Source: Candidatus Harrisonbacteria bacterium
Lineage (GTDB): Bacteria; Patescibacteriota; Minisyncoccia; UBA6257; UBA11618
Direction of reading: 5' to 3'
Length of the DNA stretch: 64,000 nt
Assembly: GCA_023244855.1 (NCBI GenBank)
Contig: JAHFLO010000001.1
Span: forward strand, 5,895 to 69,894
Shown: one piece after another, positions 1 through 8,410 of the stretch
How the letters are laid out: every line of letters starts with the position of its first letter
Numbering within the stretch: position 1 is the stretch's first letter
Made by a program: the position numbers and the translations under genes
Notes under the pieces: generated by a model
The model's database searches: none
What the model was told of the DNA's origin: nothing
What the model saw: only the letters and a program-made list of their open reading frames with translations

Positions 1-1436
1 TTTATGGCGTCCGCATAGATTATCTGCCCCTTGGCATACGTGCCGATGCCCGTACCGCCGCGCGGCGTATCTAAAATGCCGCTCGTAATTTTCCCTGCGT
101 CCAAGTTCGGGATATCGGCTGCTGTAAGGGTTGGCAAACGAGCTGCATTAATAGTGCCGCTTGTAATTTTTCCGGCATCCAAATTAGGAATATCAGCAGC
201 CACGAGATTGCGGAACGTTGGTGCGCCTGCGGCCGTACCCGAAGAGGGACCTGCTAAAATATCGTTCGGCTGCTGCGTCTTCCATGCGAAGCTTAGCGTA
301 CCCGTATCCGTTACGGGTGACCCGGCAACGAGAAATTCTGCAGAGGGCGCCGAAAGACCCACGGAACTCACCGTCCCACCGCCGCCAGAGGACTTCGAAG
401 TCCAAGAAAGCGTGCCATCAGTATCCGTCGTGAGCACGAGCCCGTCGGCTGCGGGGGCAGCTACAGGGAAAGTGAAGGTGTTTGCGCCAAATTTTATCTG
501 CCGATTCGGAATGGAGACGAGCTTATCAAAAGAGGTATTTTCCAAAAAAGTCACATCAGAGGAAGTAAGACTCATAAGCGACTTAAGGTTGCTCGTAGGA
601 TTATTTAAGTCGGAAGTAAAGCCGACAAGTAATTTCGGGCGCGTAAACCGTATTAAGTCGTTCGTACCGTCACCAGTGGTACTAATACTGCCCCCTCTCG
701 TCCGGAAATCGTTCGCGTAAATAACACCCGCAACTTCGAGCTCGCTTTGGGGGTTTGTAATGCCGATACCAACCCTACCGTTATTTAAAATAGAAACGGA
801 TTCCGATCCGTCACCAGAATCAAGAATACTTAAACGATAATTCGATGCGTCCGTCGCCGTGGTACGCACCTTAAAACCCTTATTAGCTGCCGCCGAACCG
901 TTCCAGCCAGAGCCCTGAAGTAGAAGGCCTGCAGAATGGAAGCCCTGCGTGCCGGCAGTTGCCGTCCCTAATGGCTCACCCGTAAGGGTTCCCGCAGACG
1001 TATCGGATACGAAATTACCCACGCGGACGGCGTTCATAGCGTACGGCGCAGGGGCGAAAGCGACACGCGGCGAGGCTTCAGCGTCATTTTCAATCGTCAC
1101 GCCCAAGTAGAGCGGCGTCGTAAACGTAAGCGTACTTGGAAACGCCTCGCAACTACCCATCTGCACGGAGAAATAACCGTTCGAATCCGGCGTTACTTTG
1201 GCGCATGCGCCGGAAGACTGACTGTAGGATTCAGTCCATAGGGCCGTGCCGCCCGTTGCCGCGGAATAGAGGGAGAAGGATACTTTCGTCGCCGTGGTGA
1301 TTGCCGCGCCCGCCGTCGTCCGTAAGCGTGACTGGTAGTTTATAACGGCAGGGACGGCCGCTTGTGCGGAAAAAACCGCGCATAAAAGCGCCGCCGTTAT
1401 GGCCGCCCCGAATCCGTATGAGCGATTTCTTTTCAT
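1..1436 (-). CDS. Large secreted fibre/adhesin-like protein, N-terminal part (continues off the left edge of the window; not in the ORF track)
   Basis: Manual translation from ATG at 1436: signal peptide MKRNRSYGFGAAITAALLCAVFSAQA, then AVPAVINYQSRLRT...FSLYSAATGGTALWTE...NGYFSVQMG...LYLGVTIEND...PRVAFAPAPYA. Later AGPSSGTAAGAPTFRNLVAADIP and two AADIPNLDAGKITSG repeats typical of tail-fibre-like proteins. Confidence 0.8.
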   Translation of the reverse strand, partial: MKRNRSYGFGAAITAALLCAVFSAQAAVPAVINYQSRLRTTAGAAITTATKVSFSLYSAATGGTALWTESYSQSSGACAKVTPDSNGYFSVQMGSCEAFPSTLTFTTPLYLGVTIENDAEASPRVAFAPAPYAMNAVRVGNFVSDTSAGTLTGEPLGTATAGTQGFHSAGLLLQGSGWNGSAAANKGFKVRTTATDASNYRLSILDSGDGSESVSILNNGRVGIGITNPQSELEVAGVIYANDFRTRGGSISTTGDGTNDLIRFTRPKLLVGFTSDLNNPTSNLKSLMSLTSSDVTFLENTSFDKLVSIPNRQIKFGANTFTFPVAAPAADGLVLTTDTDGTLSWTSKSSGGGGTVSSVGLSAPSAEFLVAGSPVTDTGTLSFAWKTQQPNDILAGPSSGTAAGAPTFRNLVAADIPNLDAGKITSGTINAARLPTLTAADIPNLDAGKITSGILDTPRGGTGIGTYAKGQIIYADAI

Positions 1437-1438
1437 TA

Positions 1439-2347
1439 TTAAATAGGGAGCGCGGGCGTAATAAATACTTTCACGGTAAGCACCTTTCGGCCGAAGCTAT
1501 CCGTAGCATTAACGACATGTACGCCAAGGGGTAAATCAACCATAAGCTTCTTAACAGCGGTATTAGCTTCGAGAACCGGTACGACGGCAATGGACGTTAT
1601 TGCCGCAGGGTCGATAGGGGTCGCGCGGTACGCGAACCGCACAACGATGCCCATAACGACGCCAGTAAGTATCAGCATACCCCCGATCCACAAAAGGTAA
1701 TCTTTCATTCCGCGCATAATCACAAAGCCGGCAATCGCCGCCGCACCGAGCAGGATAATCGCGAATGCAATCCATAGCGGCCACGGTACTATGCGCTTAA
1801 AAAGAACAATATTCAGCTCCCGTGTTACGCCCTTTTCGTCGACTAAACGAATAATTTGGGGTGTGGGCTGCGGATCTTCCAAAATGCGGTTAATCACCGT
1901 GGGCGCATCAGCTTGCTTCACTGCCGAGAACGTCGCTTTAGGCACCTCCGCAACCACCGCTGCTGCAGCCGGCGTATCCGTAAACGGTACGTCCACCTCC
2001 GGAGAAATACCCCCTACTCCGGGTTCCGCATTGCCACCAAACAATCTTTCGATCCACCCACTACCACTTGAAGCACCGGATCCTCCGCCGCCCGTCGGCG
2101 TTACCACGGGCGATGGCTGTGCCGGTACATCGTCGAACCACAGGGTTCCGTGGTCGTATACGTAATTAGCGCTTTGCGAAGTACCGACGCCCGGATCAGC
2201 CGCTGCCGTTTTTACCTGATAACCGGCTGAAGTTGTATCTCCTCCGCCACCGCCCGCCCCCTGCTGCACTTGATCCGCGTACGCGTACGAAAAGCAAACG
2301 CTTAACGTAATGACGACGAATAATGCAGTACGATGGACGGTCTTCAC
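1439..2347 (-). CDS. Hypothetical secreted/membrane protein (signal peptide, Gly-rich linker, two C-terminal TM helices)
   Basis: 302-aa ORF whose stop lies 2 nt before the fibre gene start, so probably co-transcribed. Confidence 0.75.
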   Translation of the reverse strand: MKTVHRTALFVVITLSVCFSYAYADQVQQGAGGGGGDTTSAGYQVKTAAADPGVGTSQSANYVYDHGTLWFDDVPAQPSPVVTPTGGGGSGASSGSGWIERLFGGNAEPGVGGISPEVDVPFTDTPAAAAVVAEVPKATFSAVKQADAPTVINRILEDPQPTPQIIRLVDEKGVTRELNIVLFKRIVPWPLWIAFAIILLGAAAIAGFVIMRGMKDYLLWIGGMLILTGVVMGIVVRFAYRATPIDPAAITSIAVVPVLEANTAVKKLMVDLPLGVHVVNATDSFGRKVLTVKVFITPALPI

Positions 2348-2518
2348 TTAAAACGTCACGCCTCACTTCGTGACTTCCTTAATACTATCATTATGTAAAC
2401 GAATACTATGTGTGGATAAGTATGGAAATGCGAACCCCTTCTAACCCATCCCCGTTCGATTCCGCCCACGGTCATCCAAGCATACGAAAATACCCCGATA
2501 TCGGGGTATTTTCGTATG

Positions 2519-2589
2519 TGGACCTAGGCGGAATCGAACCGCCGCCTCGTCAATGCGAATGACGCGTTCTGCCCCTGAACTATAGGCCC
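2519..2589 (-). tRNA. tRNA-Ala(CGC)
   Basis: Reverse complement GGGCCTATAGTTCAGGGGCAGAACGCGTCA-TTCGCAT-TGACGAGGCGGCGGTTCGATTCCGCCTAGGTCCA folds as a cloverleaf; no encoded CCA. Confidence 0.92.
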
Positions 2590-2600
2590 GCTTTTAAAGA

Positions 2601-2690
2601 TTAATACTGCCCCATGAAAAGGGGCGCGACGAACATGAATATCATGAGCGCCATCACTACGTAAAAACCGATCTTCTTAACCTGTTTCAT
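2601..2690 (-). CDS. Small single-TM peptide (29 aa, MKQVKKIGFYVVMALMIFMFVAPLFMGQY)
   Basis: Clean ORF with a basic N-terminus and a hydrophobic helix, filling the gap between the AI-2E gene and tRNA-Ala. Confidence 0.5.
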   Translation of the reverse strand: MKQVKKIGFYVVMALMIFMFVAPLFMGQY

Positions 2691-2740
2691 CGTGCAAATA
2701 CGTTAGCAAAAATTCGCTGCGTAATCAATTGAGATATGTG

Positions 2741-3742
2741 CTAACGCCCAGCGTCGCGATGATACGCATTCAAAAGCGTGTAGAGCAAGCTTATCGCCAA
2801 AGGCCCCAGCACAAACCCCGTAGGGCCAAAGAGCGCCATGCCGCCCAAAACCGAAAGTAATATGACGAATGGATGTAACGATACCCCGCGCCCGATAAGC
2901 TTCGGCCCGATGAAGTTATCTATCATACCCACCACGAATACGCCGTACACAAAAAGCCCTGCGGCGAATGCCGATGACCCTTGCAAAAAGAGATATGCCA
3001 CAGCGGGTGCTACCGTAAGCGCCGTGCCAACCCCCGGAATTAAAGCGGTCACGACCGTCACACTCCCCCATAAGATGGCATTCGGTATGCCAAATATAAG
3101 GAAACCGATCATAGCAAGCAAACCCTGCACTAACGCCATCAAAAGCCGCCCCGTCACAATAGAATTCACTGCGCGGCCGAGCATACGCGCAATTTCTTCA
3201 TCGTCTTCGTCCATAAGAGGGCTCAGGGATATAAACGCGCGGCGAAACGCGGCACCATCTTTCAAAAAATAATACAGCGCCATAATAAAAAGAATTATAT
3301 CCACAAAAAACTTAGCGACACCCGAAACAACGACCCCTACGTTGCCCGCGAGCCAATTAAGCGCTTCTTTGGCGTAACTTCCTATATCAAACGGCAATGA
3401 ATCACCCACAAACCCCCGCACGGCGTCGAACACCGTCCCTGCCGTACCACTCGTTTCGAGCGCATGATAGACGCCTGCCGCCTCCCCTGCTACCTGCGTA
3501 CCAAGCAATGTAAGCGGAGCGACAATAACAAGAAGCACAAGCACGGTCGTTATTGCCGCAGCAATTCCCGCATGGTTACGTACTGCTCCTTTTATTTTTT
3601 TATACGGCGTCTGAAAGGCAACGGCAAAAACCGCAGCGAGCACAATCGGCGCAAAGAACGGCTTTAATATCAAAAAGGCGACGGTAAACATGGCGCCCAA
3701 AAGGGCGAGGAGGAAATAAAACGAAAGTGCTTTAGGCGGCAT
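2741..3742 (-). CDS. AI-2E family (PerM/YhhT-like) transporter
   Basis: Multi-TM protein with ALIPGVGTAL, IDNFIGPKLIG and LHPFVILLSVLGG...FGPTGFVLGP motifs; start moved to MPPKALS. Confidence 0.9.
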   Translation of the reverse strand: MPPKALSFYFLLALLGAMFTVAFLILKPFFAPIVLAAVFAVAFQTPYKKIKGAVRNHAGIAAAITTVLVLLVIVAPLTLLGTQVAGEAAGVYHALETSGTAGTVFDAVRGFVGDSLPFDIGSYAKEALNWLAGNVGVVVSGVAKFFVDIILFIMALYYFLKDGAAFRRAFISLSPLMDEDDEEIARMLGRAVNSIVTGRLLMALVQGLLAMIGFLIFGIPNAILWGSVTVVTALIPGVGTALTVAPAVAYLFLQGSSAFAAGLFVYGVFVVGMIDNFIGPKLIGRGVSLHPFVILLSVLGGMALFGPTGFVLGPLAISLLYTLLNAYHRDAGR

Positions 3743-3844
3743 ATGCGGGAAGTATATAAAAAAAGAACCGTATGCACCACTAGGGATGCACACGGCTCAG
3801 GGTTAAGGAGTTCTTCGTACGACATGGGCACGGTGCCTGCCGGA

Positions 3845-4522
3845 CTAGATCTTCGATTGCGGCAACGGAATCGCATCCGGCTTCTGCTGTTCCTTGACGG
3901 ACAACTGGATCGCCTTCTGCTGCCGTTGGACCAACACCGGATCAAACATCACGTCGAAGGTGATCGATGTCTTCGTTTCTTCGATGATTTCAACGGTCGC
4001 CTCGGTCCGGTTCATGTGCTTCAACGGCAACCAATGCGCCCATTGCCCGAATTCGACGAGTTTCGCATCGAGCATGCGTCGCTCCGCACTATCCTTCTCT
4101 TTGAGCTTCGCGATGGCTTCTGCGGTTCCCGTTAAAATCATCGTCGTGTTGTAGTCGCAGCTCTTGCCGACGACGAACGTCTCGATGCCTTTCGGGAACA
4201 GGATCGGCGTCGCGGTCTCCGCGAGCTCGAGCTTGACCTCGAAAACGGCGTCCGGCTTCGACTTAATCGACGCCTCGAGCACCAAATCCTTCCGCATCAC
4301 CGCCTGCAAATGCCGCGACAATGCCTGCTGGACTTCCATCGCGCGAGTACTCGACTGGTCGCCGGCGACCTTCGCCGTCCACGTCTGGGCACCACCCTTG
4401 GCGGTCATGGATGCGGACCGGTAGTACGGCACCGCCGGATAGTCGTCAGCCGCTTGCGCCGCTGCGGCGAACACTCCGAACAAACAGGCCATCGCGGCCA
4501 CGCACTTGAACAAGCTCTTCAT
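3845..4522 (-). CDS. Hypothetical secreted protein
   Basis: 225 aa, signal peptide ending AAAQA, SD GAGGAG upstream. Confidence 0.75.
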   Translation of the reverse strand: MKSLFKCVAAMACLFGVFAAAAQAADDYPAVPYYRSASMTAKGGAQTWTAKVAGDQSSTRAMEVQQALSRHLQAVMRKDLVLEASIKSKPDAVFEVKLELAETATPILFPKGIETFVVGKSCDYNTTMILTGTAEAIAKLKEKDSAERRMLDAKLVEFGQWAHWLPLKHMNRTEATVEIIEETKTSITFDVMFDPVLVQRQQKAIQLSVKEQQKPDAIPLPQSKI

Positions 4523-4712
4523 TCTCTCGCTCCTCTGTTAAATTGGGAAACAGCTGTCATGCCCGCGATCCACCATGGCCGCGAACCACCACACTCACAG
4601 TGCAGGCGCTTATCGTAACAGAGAGCCTTTAAGGTGTCAAGAGGGGTAAAGAAAAAGCCCAACCACCGGAGGTGATTGGGCCGTTTTTGTGACACGCGCC
4701 GTGATGATGACG

Positions 4713-5126
4713 TTAGGCGGCGGTCAGGGCGAAGGGTTGGAGATGAGCTGGCTTCAGCGCGACGTAGATGATCGATGACGTGATCGTCGTGGTTGCACTG
4801 GTTTCTTTGCCGGCGGTGTCGTCGAAGACGGCGACTTGCGCAATGGGCACGGATTGATCCGCACCCGGTTGAAAGCCTTCTTGACGGGCGACTTGTGCCG
4901 CCGTATCAGCCGCGATCGCCGCATCGGTGATCGCGAAACCCGCATCGTCGTCGAAGGCCGCAGCCTGAGCAAAGCCTTGCACTGCCGCCGCGGACGTACC
5001 AGTCGCGAGCGTCATTCCGCCGGAAGCAATCGTAATCGCCGTGATGAGCATGACCGCGCCCACGACACAAATCGGACCAGCAATCTCGCGAAACCAAATC
5101 CACCAAGCACGTTTTCGCCACTTCAT
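4713..5126 (-). CDS. Hypothetical membrane-anchored Ala-rich protein
   Basis: Start MKWRKRAWW with SD GAGGGAG; N-terminal TM segment; hairpin downstream at about 4653-4688. Confidence 0.6.
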   Translation of the reverse strand: MKWRKRAWWIWFREIAGPICVVGAVMLITAITIASGGMTLATGTSAAAVQGFAQAAAFDDDAGFAITDAAIAADTAAQVARQEGFQPGADQSVPIAQVAVFDDTAGKETSATTTITSSIIYVALKPAHLQPFALTAA

Positions 5127-5221
5127 GATTTCTTCTCCCTCTGCATGTGAAGAGCTGCAAATGTCGACTGACCTCGGACTCAATCCGAGATACCGGACAT
5201 TTTTATACTATCAAGTCCACC

Positions 5222-5263
5222 CAAAAGAAAACAAGTGGATAAATATCCACTTGTTTTCTTTTG
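5222..5263 (-). terminator. Perfect AT-rich hairpin downstream of tRNA-Pro
   Basis: caaaagaaaacaagtggata-aa-tatccacttgttttcttttg. Confidence 0.6.
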
Positions 5264-5280
5264 TTTTATTTTCCGGCTAT

Positions 5281-5354
5281 TGGTCGGGGTGCCGGGAATC
5301 GAACCCGGTCTTTACGCACCCGAAGCGCACGTACTGCCGGTATACTACACCCCG
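5281..5354 (-). tRNA. tRNA-Pro(CGG)
   Basis: Reverse complement CGGGGTGTAGTATACCGGCAGTACGTGCGC-TTCGGGT-GCGTAAAGACCGGGTTCGATTCCCGGCACCCCGACCA; CCA encoded. Confidence 0.93.
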
Positions 5355-5398
5355 ATATCTAGCGAATGATACAGCTCTTACCGCTTTTTGGAAAGCAT

Positions 5399-6874
5399 TT
5401 ATTTCACGTGGAACTTTTCCTTTATCTCCTCTTCCGCTCCCCGCTCGAATTCCTCTTTCTTGTCTTTCGCTTTCGCCGCGAGGGATTTTAGTTCCGCGTC
5501 CGGCAAGGCGTTCAATTCTTTTATGCGCGCAGTGAGCGCATCTTCTGCATTCTTTAGCGGGTCGTCCAAAACTTCTTCCAAGAGCACGGCTAAAATCCAG
5601 CCCACCTTCGGGCTCGGCTCTAATCCCCCGAGGCGCATGACGTCCGTGCCGTCGAGTGCCAGCATGCGCGTGTCTATCGCGTCCTGCGCAACCTTCTCGA
5701 TCATGAACATCAAGTGGCGCAACTTGTACGGCACGGCCTTCGGCACGCCACTACCAATACGGTCCGCCTCGCGGACTTTCAGCAAGTCAGCAATATGCTC
5801 CGGCCCTACTTTGCGTACGAATCTTCGCACGCCGGATTCCGTCACTTCGCCCACGTTATAGTAAAAGAGATGCCAGCGTACTAAGTGCGCTATTTTCTCA
5901 ACGGTTTTTTTAGGGAAATGCAGGCGGTCGAGCATAATGCACGCCATTTTTGCACCCACGACTTCGTGGTTATAAAACGTGCTGTCATGCCCGTCCCCGC
6001 GCTTCGTCGCGGGCTTGCCTACGTCGTGCAATAAACTGCCGAGTCGCACCTCAAACGAATACCCCTGCTTTGCCGTATATTCCAGTGCGCGTACGTTATG
6101 CTCGTACACGCTATATATATGATGCTTGTTTTGCCCGCAGTCCACGCCATCTAGAAGCTCGGGTAATACATGGCGCATAAGCCCCGTGTCCGTAAGCATA
6201 CGGATGCCAAGCCCTGCGCCGTCGCTTTCGATGATTTTAACGAGCTCGTCACGCACGCGTTCTTTAGCCACGGCTTCGAGCAAACCTGCGTGGCGCTTCA
6301 CGGCTTCCATAGTTTTTTCTTCAACGGCAAACCCCAGCTGCGCGGCAAAGCGCACCGCGCGCATAAGGCGCAAGGCATCTTCCGTAAAGCGCGCGTCGGG
6401 CTCGCCTACCGCCCTGATTATTTTCTTTTTTAAATCAGCTAATCCCCCGAAGGGGTCTATAACAGATGCATGATTCAAGATGCATGATTCATGAATACGA
6501 AACGCAAGCGCGTTCACGGTAAAGTCGCGACGCGCTAAATCCTCTTCGATGGTTTTAACAAACGAAACGTTATCAGGGTGACGCATGTCGCGGTACGCGC
6601 CTTCGGTGCGGTACGTCGTTACTTCTACTACCGCATAGAACGGATTTTCTGATCCGGTTTTAATCCCCACCGTACCGAACGCGTTTTCGTAAACGCTATC
6701 CGGAAACAATTTCTGCACATCCTCCGGCAACGCATTGGTCGCTATGTCCCAATCCTTCGGCTCCCTGCCGAGCAAAAAATCCCGCACGCACCCGCCTACC
6801 AAGTGCGCCTCGAAACCGGCTCCGTTTAAAACCGTACCAATCGCACCAATTTCTTCGGGGACCATAAGTGCCAT
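5399..6874 (-). CDS. cca: CCA-adding tRNA nucleotidyltransferase with HD domain
   Basis: VGGCVRD, KDWDIAT, DLARRDFTVNA, EDALRLMRAVRF, LLHDVGKP motifs. Confidence 0.93.
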   Translation of the reverse strand: MALMVPEEIGAIGTVLNGAGFEAHLVGGCVRDFLLGREPKDWDIATNALPEDVQKLFPDSVYENAFGTVGIKTGSENPFYAVVEVTTYRTEGAYRDMRHPDNVSFVKTIEEDLARRDFTVNALAFRIHESCILNHASVIDPFGGLADLKKKIIRAVGEPDARFTEDALRLMRAVRFAAQLGFAVEEKTMEAVKRHAGLLEAVAKERVRDELVKIIESDGAGLGIRMLTDTGLMRHVLPELLDGVDCGQNKHHIYSVYEHNVRALEYTAKQGYSFEVRLGSLLHDVGKPATKRGDGHDSTFYNHEVVGAKMACIMLDRLHFPKKTVEKIAHLVRWHLFYYNVGEVTESGVRRFVRKVGPEHIADLLKVREADRIGSGVPKAVPYKLRHLMFMIEKVAQDAIDTRMLALDGTDVMRLGGLEPSPKVGWILAVLLEEVLDDPLKNAEDALTARIKELNALPDAELKSLAAKAKDKKEEFERGAEEEIKEKFHVK

Positions 6875-6955
6875 ATAAATGTATCCCTATCGTATCAGAC
6901 GAATACCCGATTCGCCATTCAACGCATTCTTAGATAGAATCACGAGAAGTAAGAA

Positions 6956-7027
6956 GTCCTCGTGGTGAAATGGATATCACTACTGCCTTCGAAGCAGTCG
7001 TTGAAGGTTCGAGTCCTTCCGAGGGCA
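6956..7027 (+). tRNA. tRNA-Arg(TCG)
   Basis: GTCCTCGTGGTGAAATGGATATCACTACTGC-CTTCGAA-GCAGTCGTTGAAGGTTCGAGTCCTTCCGAGGGCA. Confidence 0.92.
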
Positions 7028-7173
7028 CAAAATAAAACCCCCTATAATAGGGGGTTTTATTTTGTGCCCAAGGACTCGAACCTATGGCGACGTTCGAATT
7101 CATCCAGAGCTTATGCGAGGTTAGAATTCGATAAGGAGTGCCAGAGGGAAGCGCAGCGACGAGGAAGGTCCTT
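7023..7173 (+). repeat. tRNA-trailing structured element (family B)
   Basis: Hairpin 7023-7069; 14-nt perfect antisense copy of the tRNA T-arm at 7070-7083; core ATCCAGAGCTTATGCGAGGTT...AGAGGGAAGCGCAGCGACGAGGA shared with 11958-12047 and 21092-21183. Confidence 0.75.
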
Positions 7174-7310
7174 ATATCAGCAGCTTATATTATTTGACAT
7201 GATTGCTAATTCCGTGCCATAATAGGCACGCGTTGTTACACGCACGGAAACCTTGAAAACCGAATAGTTTAGAACCTGTTTTCCCTAACCCCTTTGGAGG
7301 AGACTCTGCG

Positions 7311-8129
7311 ATGAGTAAGCTGGTTTACGGAGGGAAAGGCACCGAAGTGCCGTCCCAAGAGCTGCTGCAGCTCGTGCAGCGCAACGGTATTGAATGCCCC
7401 CATGGCATCACTGCCCGCGAGCTTAATGACTTGTTGCAAAAACAATGGCTACGGACGACTGTCCGCGCGGAAGTCGAAAAAGCTCTTCCGCAAGACGAGG
7501 ACATCCACCTCTTGCGAGAGCTCGGTATGATCGACGAAGTGCGGCCGGCACGGGCGAATTACGTGGGTACGCTCGTTCTCGGCGGCTATGCCGCTGCCAT
7601 GCGCCGGCGGCTTGCGTTCGCCATCAGCGAATGGAACGCGAACGACGCGCTCGATACGGGGACCATCTGGTTCCTTACGGGCGAACGGCCGCGAAGGGAC
7701 GAAAACGAAAGCGCCGACCTCCTCTTTACGCAGGGCGAAATCCCCTTCAAGCCGGACTGGACGAAGCCCGAAACCATGCCCGCGACCGAGACGGAAATTG
7801 CCCGCATGATCTGGGGCCAATCGGCAATCCCCACGGGGATGATGGCTAATTTCGTCGATACGCGGCTCCAGCCGGACGGCAAGGGAGGATTGAAAAATCC
7901 CAATACGGCAGACACGTTTGCCGCCTTCCTCGCGATGGAGCCGGACTCAGGGAACTATCTCCTCGCTTCAAGCCAACCCTATGTGCAACGGCAAACGTTG
8001 AATGCGACGAACACGCTGCCTTTTCCCCAATTCAACATTTTCGAAATGGGGCCGGCGGCGCTACCCGAAACGCCGCTCAAGATCTTCCTGGACGAAACGG
8101 CCCGATTACTCTTCGAACTGCTCAAGTAA
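7311..8129 (+). CDS. Hypothetical protein, possible distant YdcF/DUF218-like Rossmannoid fold
   Basis: TTGACA...CATAAT promoter (7194-7222) and SD GGAGG upstream, terminator downstream; motifs LVLGG..MRRRL, FLTGER, TETE, PNTADT, SSQPY. Confidence 0.75.
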   Translation: MSKLVYGGKGTEVPSQELLQLVQRNGIECPHGITARELNDLLQKQWLRTTVRAEVEKALPQDEDIHLLRELGMIDEVRPARANYVGTLVLGGYAAAMRRRLAFAISEWNANDALDTGTIWFLTGERPRRDENESADLLFTQGEIPFKPDWTKPETMPATETEIARMIWGQSAIPTGMMANFVDTRLQPDGKGGLKNPNTADTFAAFLAMEPDSGNYLLASSQPYVQRQTLNATNTLPFPQFNIFEMGPAALPETPLKIFLDETARLLFELLK

Positions 8130-8161
8130 CCGAAATCCCAAAACCGCATCAAAACCCAACG

Positions 8162-8191
8162 ACGCCGCTCTTGAGAAGAGCGGCGTTTTTT
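8162..8191 (+). terminator. Intrinsic terminator
   Basis: acgccgctctt-gag-aagagcggcgt followed by a T-run. Confidence 0.7.
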
Positions 8192-8410
8192 CTTGCCCAC
8201 GTCCCGTAACGGAGTTACAGTAAAAATAGCAGTTTGCCATATACGGACAGCGTCGTCCGCGTATATATCCCCGTCATGGAAAAAGGAGTTCTCCATGTTC
8301 GATCTGTTCGACCCACTCGATTCATTTCATAGCCCACTATTCCCGCCACCAATTATGTATCCGGACGGAATTCCACTACCACCCCCACGCAAACCGAAAA
8401 GGAGTTCACC

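Noticed and set aside
31..720. 229-aa plus-strand ORF
   Set aside because: Antisense shadow of the minus-strand fibre gene, which has a signal peptide and recognisable repeats.
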